From: a virus
Strand: one strand, 5' to 3'
DNA length: 44,675 nucleotides
IMG/VR virus record: IMGVR_UViG_3300045988_160791
The position numbers were made by a program, and so were the translations under genes. The notes under the pieces are model-generated. The model saw nothing but the letters and a program-made list of their open reading frames with translations, was not told the DNA's origin and made no database searches. Below, one piece after another: positions 39,467-44,675 of the stretch; position 1 is the first letter of the stretch, and each line of letters opens with the position of its first letter.

Positions 39467-39484
39467 GGTTAATTTTTTTTAACT
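39467..39484. promoter_or_regulatory. Operator candidate O3 GGTTAATTTTTTTTAACT
   Basis: GGTTAA-N6-TTAACT. Confidence 0.7.
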
Positions 39485-39540
39485 TTTTTTGTTGACATTT
39501 TTGAACACTTGATTTATACTGGTTTTAAGGAGGTTTTTGT

Positions 39541-40557
39541 ATGTTTGATAAAGTTAAATTTGCAAATATATTAAGGAAAATAAGTAATACATATGATAAT
39601 CAAAGAGAATTTTCTGAAAAATCAAAAATAAATCGAACTTACCTTTCTCAATATCTTAATACGAAACTAGAGCAACCACCCAAACCTGAAATATTAGAAA
39701 GATTAGCTAATGCTTCCAGAGGTATTACTAATTATTCTGAACTTATGAATATATGTGGTTATTTTGATAAAGAAATAGAAGATGATTTAATAGATTCTTT
39801 AAAATCTTTAGAGATAGATAAATGCGATTTAGACAAAGCTTTAACTGCATTTATTGAAAATTTCATAACGATTCCAGATAATTATACAATAAATATATAC
39901 GATATGGAAGACACTGCAATCTATTATGCTTATGAAATTCTTAGAATATATTATTTTAAGTTAATAAACAATGAGTTAAATAATGCAAGATATAATTCAT
40001 CTTCAGAAAAAAAAGATTATTTTGAAATAGCTGAAATAAATGCTTGGGAAAAAATGAAAAAAATATTAAATAACATAGATGAAGCAGAGATTATAACTTC
40101 ACTTACAGCTGATGAAAAAGTATCTAAATTCTTATCCAATGTAAAATCTCAAAAAAAATTTTATATGTGTCCAGTCTATGGAAAAATAAGTGCAGGGATA
40201 CCAAATTGGGCTGAAGAATGTTTAGAAGGATATTTGCCAATTGACCCAAACTTAATGGGTATAATTAATCCAGAAGAATGTTTTTTCTTAAAGGTAAACG
40301 GTGAAAGCATGAATAAAGTTATACAAAATGGTGCATATGCTTTAATAAGAAAACAAGACGTTGTAGAAAATGGAGAAATTGCAGCGGTACTTGTAAATGG
40401 GTTTGAGGCTACATTAAAAAAGTTTACAAAACAGGGAGAACTGGTTATATTAGAGCCAATTTCCGATGACCCATTATTTACTACACAAGTTTATAATAAA
40501 GATACAGATATTAAAATTCTTGGAAAATATATAGGAAAATTTGAAATGAATAAATAA
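39541..40557 (+). CDS. CI-like repressor: HTH plus S24/LexA-type peptidase domain
   Basis: MCPVYGKISAGIPNWAE...FFLKVNGESMNKVIQNGAYALIRKQDVVENGEIAAVLVNG. Confidence 0.95.
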   Translation: MFDKVKFANILRKISNTYDNQREFSEKSKINRTYLSQYLNTKLEQPPKPEILERLANASRGITNYSELMNICGYFDKEIEDDLIDSLKSLEIDKCDLDKALTAFIENFITIPDNYTINIYDMEDTAIYYAYEILRIYYFKLINNELNNARYNSSSEKKDYFEIAEINAWEKMKKILNNIDEAEIITSLTADEKVSKFLSNVKSQKKFYMCPVYGKISAGIPNWAEECLEGYLPIDPNLMGIINPEECFFLKVNGESMNKVIQNGAYALIRKQDVVENGEIAAVLVNGFEATLKKFTKQGELVILEPISDDPLFTTQVYNKDTDIKILGKYIGKFEMNK

Positions 40558-40619
40558 TACTAAAGATAATAAGTACAAATATAGCTGTACTTATTTTTAT
40601 TTAGTAGAAAGGAGTTATT

Positions 40620-41693
40620 ATGGCTGGAACGAAAAGAAAAAGAGGAAAAAATTCTTGGAGACTTGAATATATGTATGATAACGAAAGATATAGTTGTACA
40701 ATTAAAGCTAATTCAGCCAGTGAAGCTAATAGAAAACTAGCTTTATTTGTCGCAGAAGTTGAAAAAGGTAGTTATTCAAAAGATTCTAATTTAACATTTG
40801 TTGAAATGGCTCAAATGTTTCTTGATAAGTACGCAAATAGCAATTTATCCAAAACCACTGTAAAAAATTATAAGAGCCAATTGAATAAATATATCTTACA
40901 GGAAATTGGAATGTACAAATTATCTAAATTAAAAAGGATTCATATTCAAGAATTTGCCAATAAGCTATATGAGGAATATGATTTATCGTCTAAAACAATA
41001 AACAACTATATAAAACTAATCTCATCCATTCTAACAAAAGCAATTGAATGGGATTATTTACAAAATAATGTTGCTACTAATATAAGTATTCCAAAAAACT
41101 TCAATAAACAAAAAAAGAAAGTTATATTGTATAGTTATGATGAAGTAAATCAGTTCTTAACTGCATTAGAGAACTTAGAAGACAAAGAACTACAATTAGC
41201 AATATATTCATCTTTTGTAATTGGTGGACGTCGCGGTGAAATATTAGCTTTAACATTTGCAGATTTCAATTTTTATCGTTGTACTGTTGATTTAAATAAA
41301 AATTATGTTTCTATAAATGGTGGAACCGAAACAAAAGAGATAAAAAATAATAAAAATAGATTAATGTATGTTCCAAGGTCCTATATAGAAAAAGTAAAAG
41401 AATATTACAAATATCTAAAAAGTACAGATTTAAATACAAAATTATTTAATATGCATCCAAACACATATACAAATAAATTTAAATTATTTTTAGCAGATAA
41501 TAATTTAAGAGCAATAAATTTAAAAGATTTAAGGGCTCTGAATGAAAGTATATTAGTTAACAGAGGTTTAGATATTGTAGATGTAGCTAAAAGATTAGGA
41601 CATCTCCCTTCTACTGCTACTAACTATTATTTAGACCAAATTCCAGAAGAAGATAAAAAAGCAAGTAAAGTTTTAGAAGGATTATTGCAATAA
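40620..41693 (+). CDS. Prophage tyrosine integrase
   Basis: GGRRGEILAL; RGLDIVDVAKRLGHLPSTATNYYLD; adjacent to attR. Confidence 0.9.
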   Translation: MAGTKRKRGKNSWRLEYMYDNERYSCTIKANSASEANRKLALFVAEVEKGSYSKDSNLTFVEMAQMFLDKYANSNLSKTTVKNYKSQLNKYILQEIGMYKLSKLKRIHIQEFANKLYEEYDLSSKTINNYIKLISSILTKAIEWDYLQNNVATNISIPKNFNKQKKKVILYSYDEVNQFLTALENLEDKELQLAIYSSFVIGGRRGEILALTFADFNFYRCTVDLNKNYVSINGGTETKEIKNNKNRLMYVPRSYIEKVKEYYKYLKSTDLNTKLFNMHPNTYTNKFKLFLADNNLRAINLKDLRALNESILVNRGLDIVDVAKRLGHLPSTATNYYLDQIPEEDKKASKVLEGLLQ

Positions 41694-41697
41694 AAAA

Positions 41698-41719
41698 TTG
41701 GCGTAATTTTGGCGTAATT
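41698..41719 (+). repeat. Right arm-type repeat TTGGCGTAATTTTGGCGTAATT
   Basis: Identical 22 bp at 647-668; directly after integrase stop. Confidence 0.8.
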
Positions 41720-41838
41720 TATATTCAAAACATTGTAATTTTATGCAAACAAATGTATTAATATAAATATTGAGTTTTCGTTGATATTCTAAGTAAAAGT
41801 CCTATTTTATAAGCTCGTACAAAACCATTAAAATACTC

Positions 41839-41883
41839 CTTCCGACCTGATAGCGCGGGTTCGATTCCCGCTACCCGCTCCAT
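41839..41883 (+). repeat. attR core (45 bp), 3' tRNA fragment
   Basis: Exact copy of 554-598 with no tRNA 5' half in front. Confidence 0.95.
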
Positions 41884-41973
41884 TTGAAATCAACTTACGG
41901 ACTTAATTGTTCGTAAGTTTTTATTTTATATAAAACTTAAAAAGTTCTCTTTCTAGAAAGGAGGACTTTTTTC

Positions 41974-42252
41974 ATGCTTGAATTTAAAGTAATTGAAAAA
42001 CTAAATACTAATAAAGATTTAACCGACATCTTAAAAGACTTTAAATACAAGGTTAAATTAGGACAAATAAAAACTATATTGCACACCAATCTACAAGTAA
42101 TAATACCTACTGAATACAAAATTACATATCCTACTACTCTTACAATACTTGAATACAAAGTTAATGAAATATCAAATAAGCCTTTTTATATTAAAGAGCA
42201 TAATCAAAAGTACAATATTAAAGAAATTACACAATTTTTGAAAAAGTTTTAA
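41974..42252 (+). CDS. Hypothetical host/element protein
   Basis: ORF. Confidence 0.4.
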   Translation: MLEFKVIEKLNTNKDLTDILKDFKYKVKLGQIKTILHTNLQVIIPTEYKITYPTTLTILEYKVNEISNKPFYIKEHNQKYNIKEITQFLKKF

Positions 42253-42280
42253 TTTTATACTATACATTTTGCTTATTTGT

Positions 42281-42304
42281 GAGGAAACAAATGAGAAGTA
42301 TATT
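42281..42304 (+). repeat. Direct repeat GAGGAAACAAATGAGAAGTATATT
   Basis: Near-identical to 42397-42420. Confidence 0.7.
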
Positions 42305-42396
42305 AAATTTAACTTCGTGAAACTCACTCTAATTGAGAAAATTAATAAGAAATATTAAAAATTTTAAATTTGGTGTCTGATATTTTGCGTTTGAGT

Positions 42397-42420
42397 GAGG
42401 AAACATATGAGAAGTATTTT
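42397..42420 (+). repeat. Direct repeat GAGGAAACATATGAGAAGTATTTT
   Basis: Near-identical to 42281-42304. Confidence 0.7.
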
Positions 42421-42455
42421 AATATTTCTCGAAATTTAGTGAAAGGAGGAAAACT

Positions 42456-44246
42456 ATGAGATGTGGTATTTATGTAAGAGTATCTACTGACGAGCAAAGA
42501 GATAATGGTTATTCTATTGATTCACAACTTAGAATGATTAAAGAATATTGTGAAAAGAATGAATATGATATTGTTGATGTTTATAATGATGCTGGACATT
42601 CTGGAAAAGATTTGATGAGACCCGAAATGCAAAGATTACTAAAAGATATTAAATCTAAAAAGATTGATAAATTAGTTGCAATTAAAGTTGATAGACTTAC
42701 TCGTAATAATTATGATGGCTTTTGGCTACTTAATTATTGTGAGGAACATGATGTAAAAATAGAACTAATGCTCGAACCTTATGATGTATCTACTGCTAAT
42801 GGTGAAATAATTTTTGGAATGAATTTAGTATTTGGTCAAAGAGAAAGAAAAGAAATTGGAGCAAGAACTAAACGTGCTATGGAAGAAATGGCATTGGAAC
42901 GTATTCATCCTAGCAAAGCACCTTATGGCTATATTAGAAATAAGGAAACAGGTCATTTAGAAGTAGAACCTATTGAGGCTGAAGTTGTAAAAGAAATATT
43001 TGAATTATGCAAACAAGGCAATTCTACAAGAAGTATTGCTAATATTATGAAAGATAATAATGCTTATTTAAAACAAGGAAAATGGAAATCTGATAGAGTC
43101 TATAAAATACTTACTAATTCTATTTATATTGGTATCTTTGAATATGGAAAGTACAAAAGAAAATCACAAGATATTTTAAGAGTTGAAAATTATTGTGAAC
43201 CAATTATTGATGAAGTAACATGGAATGCTACTAGAAATGTTTTAGTAAAAAACAAACATTCTAACTATGGAGAATATATTCATTTGTTTTCTGGTTTAGT
43301 AAAATATCCTATTTGTGGTGAGATAATGTCATCATCAGAATCTTTTAAATATCCTAGCGGAAATCAAAAAGTTTATTACCATTTAAGATGTAAAAATCAT
43401 AATTGTAGTGGATTTGGACTTCATTATAATACTGAAAAAATAGAAACAAAATTAAAACAAGTATTAGAAGAATTAACACTATTTATGCTTTCTATGGATA
43501 ATGAAATTATAACTTGTAATTCTACCAAAAGTGATGATGTAAAAGATATAGAAAAAGCAATCGAAAAATTAAAAATACAGGAAAAAAGATTAGTAGATTT
43601 ATATTTAAGTTCTAATTTAGATGTCGAAACAATTAATCATAAAAATGATGTTATCAAAAAGGAAATTGATAAACTAAATCAAAAGAAAGAAAGACTTGAT
43701 CCAGATAATAATTCTAAGGAATATACAATAGAACTTGTTAAAAAATTAGATTGTACTGAGAAAAATAACACTTTATTTTTTACTAATATTAAAAATATTG
43801 GATTTGTTTTTCTTTATGATTTGCTATCAAGAGAAGCTAAAAGAGATATGATTCATAGACTTATATCTATGATAGAAATTAAACGTGGTAAAAACTACAA
43901 TATTGAAATTAAAGATATAAAATTCACAGATGAATTTATAACTAAAAGCAGTAAAGAATACTTAAAATATCTTAATACTATTATGAATGACAATAATATT
44001 GGAATTAAATTTCATAAAGAAATTGACGAAATTCAGTTAAAAAATATGGAATCGAATTATGATATTTTATCAATTAAGAAAATGAAACACAAAGAATATT
44101 CTAATAAATTTTTAGAAGAATTTATTACTAAATCACAAGAACATTTATATATAGACGGCATTGTTAGTTGCCCATATATTGAGAAAAATGTTATTAAAGA
44201 TATTTTAATATTAGTGCCAAAAAAGAAATTAATTAACACTATTTAA
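42456..44246 (+). CDS. Large serine recombinase (TnpX/Tn4451 type)
   Basis: RCGIYVRVSTDEQRDNGYSIDSQL; recombinase and zinc-ribbon-like regions. Confidence 0.95.
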   Translation: MRCGIYVRVSTDEQRDNGYSIDSQLRMIKEYCEKNEYDIVDVYNDAGHSGKDLMRPEMQRLLKDIKSKKIDKLVAIKVDRLTRNNYDGFWLLNYCEEHDVKIELMLEPYDVSTANGEIIFGMNLVFGQRERKEIGARTKRAMEEMALERIHPSKAPYGYIRNKETGHLEVEPIEAEVVKEIFELCKQGNSTRSIANIMKDNNAYLKQGKWKSDRVYKILTNSIYIGIFEYGKYKRKSQDILRVENYCEPIIDEVTWNATRNVLVKNKHSNYGEYIHLFSGLVKYPICGEIMSSSESFKYPSGNQKVYYHLRCKNHNCSGFGLHYNTEKIETKLKQVLEELTLFMLSMDNEIITCNSTKSDDVKDIEKAIEKLKIQEKRLVDLYLSSNLDVETINHKNDVIKKEIDKLNQKKERLDPDNNSKEYTIELVKKLDCTEKNNTLFFTNIKNIGFVFLYDLLSREAKRDMIHRLISMIEIKRGKNYNIEIKDIKFTDEFITKSSKEYLKYLNTIMNDNNIGIKFHKEIDEIQLKNMESNYDILSIKKMKHKEYSNKFLEEFITKSQEHLYIDGIVSCPYIEKNVIKDILILVPKKKLINTI

Positions 44247-44257
44247 AGAAGAAAGGA

Positions 44258-44623
44258 ATGATAAAAATGAAAGTTACTTATACAAGAAAAGGAGATTATT
44301 TATTACCAGATTTATATTTAGAAAAAGACGAAAATTATGGAAGGCTTGGAAGATATGGAATATTAAGATTACACTTTATTGCCCAAAACAAGCAAGCACT
44401 TTATGAAACATTATTGATGACAAATAAATTAACTCATCATCTTCTTTTAGTCAGTGATTCTTGTGAGAATTATTATGAAGAACTAATGGAAAATTATATT
44501 AAAAATGATGAAAGACTATCTGAAAAAAACAAAGAATTAAATCCATTAGAATGGACAAAATTAATGAACAATTACAAAAATACAGCAGAAGAAATTGTCT
44601 TAAATGAATATGTTTTTATATAA
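44258..44623 (+). CDS. TnpV-like transposon protein
   Basis: GRLGRYGILRLHFIAQNKQALYETLLMTNKLTHHL...LNPLEWTKLMNNYKNTAEEIVLNEYVF. Confidence 0.75.
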   Translation: MIKMKVTYTRKGDYLLPDLYLEKDENYGRLGRYGILRLHFIAQNKQALYETLLMTNKLTHHLLLVSDSCENYYEELMENYIKNDERLSEKNKELNPLEWTKLMNNYKNTAEEIVLNEYVFI

Positions 44624-44675
44624 ATAATCTTTAAAAAAGAGGAAAAAATTATCAAAATAATTTAATCCTCTTTTT

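Overview
The window is dominated by an almost complete, roughly 41 kb siphovirus-type (HK97-fold) prophage in an AT-rich Clostridia-like genome. It is inserted in the 3' half of the third of three tRNA-Gly(TCC) genes. The 45-bp att core occurs at 554-598 and 41839-41883, and a 22-bp tandem TTGGCGTAATT arm-site-like repeat occurs at both ends. Nearly all phage genes are on the minus strand: S24 repressor/Cro/antirepressor, replication module, methylases, late regulator, HNH/terminase/portal/protease/capsid, tail, holins and endolysin. To the right of attR lies part of a second mobile element (large serine recombinase plus a TnpV-like protein). The most striking observation concerns codon CGG. 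In my by-eye scan of every 'ccg' on the + strand, in-frame CGG occurs only four times in the minus-strand phage genes. All four sit exactly where a +1 frameshift is needed to rejoin a split essential phage gene (fibre, tail protein, distal tail protein, DnaD-type replisome organizer), while several dozen out-of-frame CGG trinucleotides occur in intact genes. This suggests CGG acts as an unassigned, quadruplet or programmed +1-shift codon, unless it is a systematic sequence artefact. Other leads are: a P22 immI-like cassette (RHH repressor, antisense sRNA candidate, 54-aa membrane peptide, Bro-N antirepressor) embedded between tail genes; a parallel AbrB/sRNA/54-aa membrane-peptide cassette in the early region; a tiny Spo0E-like phosphatase and a membrane-protein cargo gene, each preceded by tandem Spo0A-box-like sites; and a compact type I toxin-antitoxin-like locus encoding a 20-aa hydrophobic peptide.
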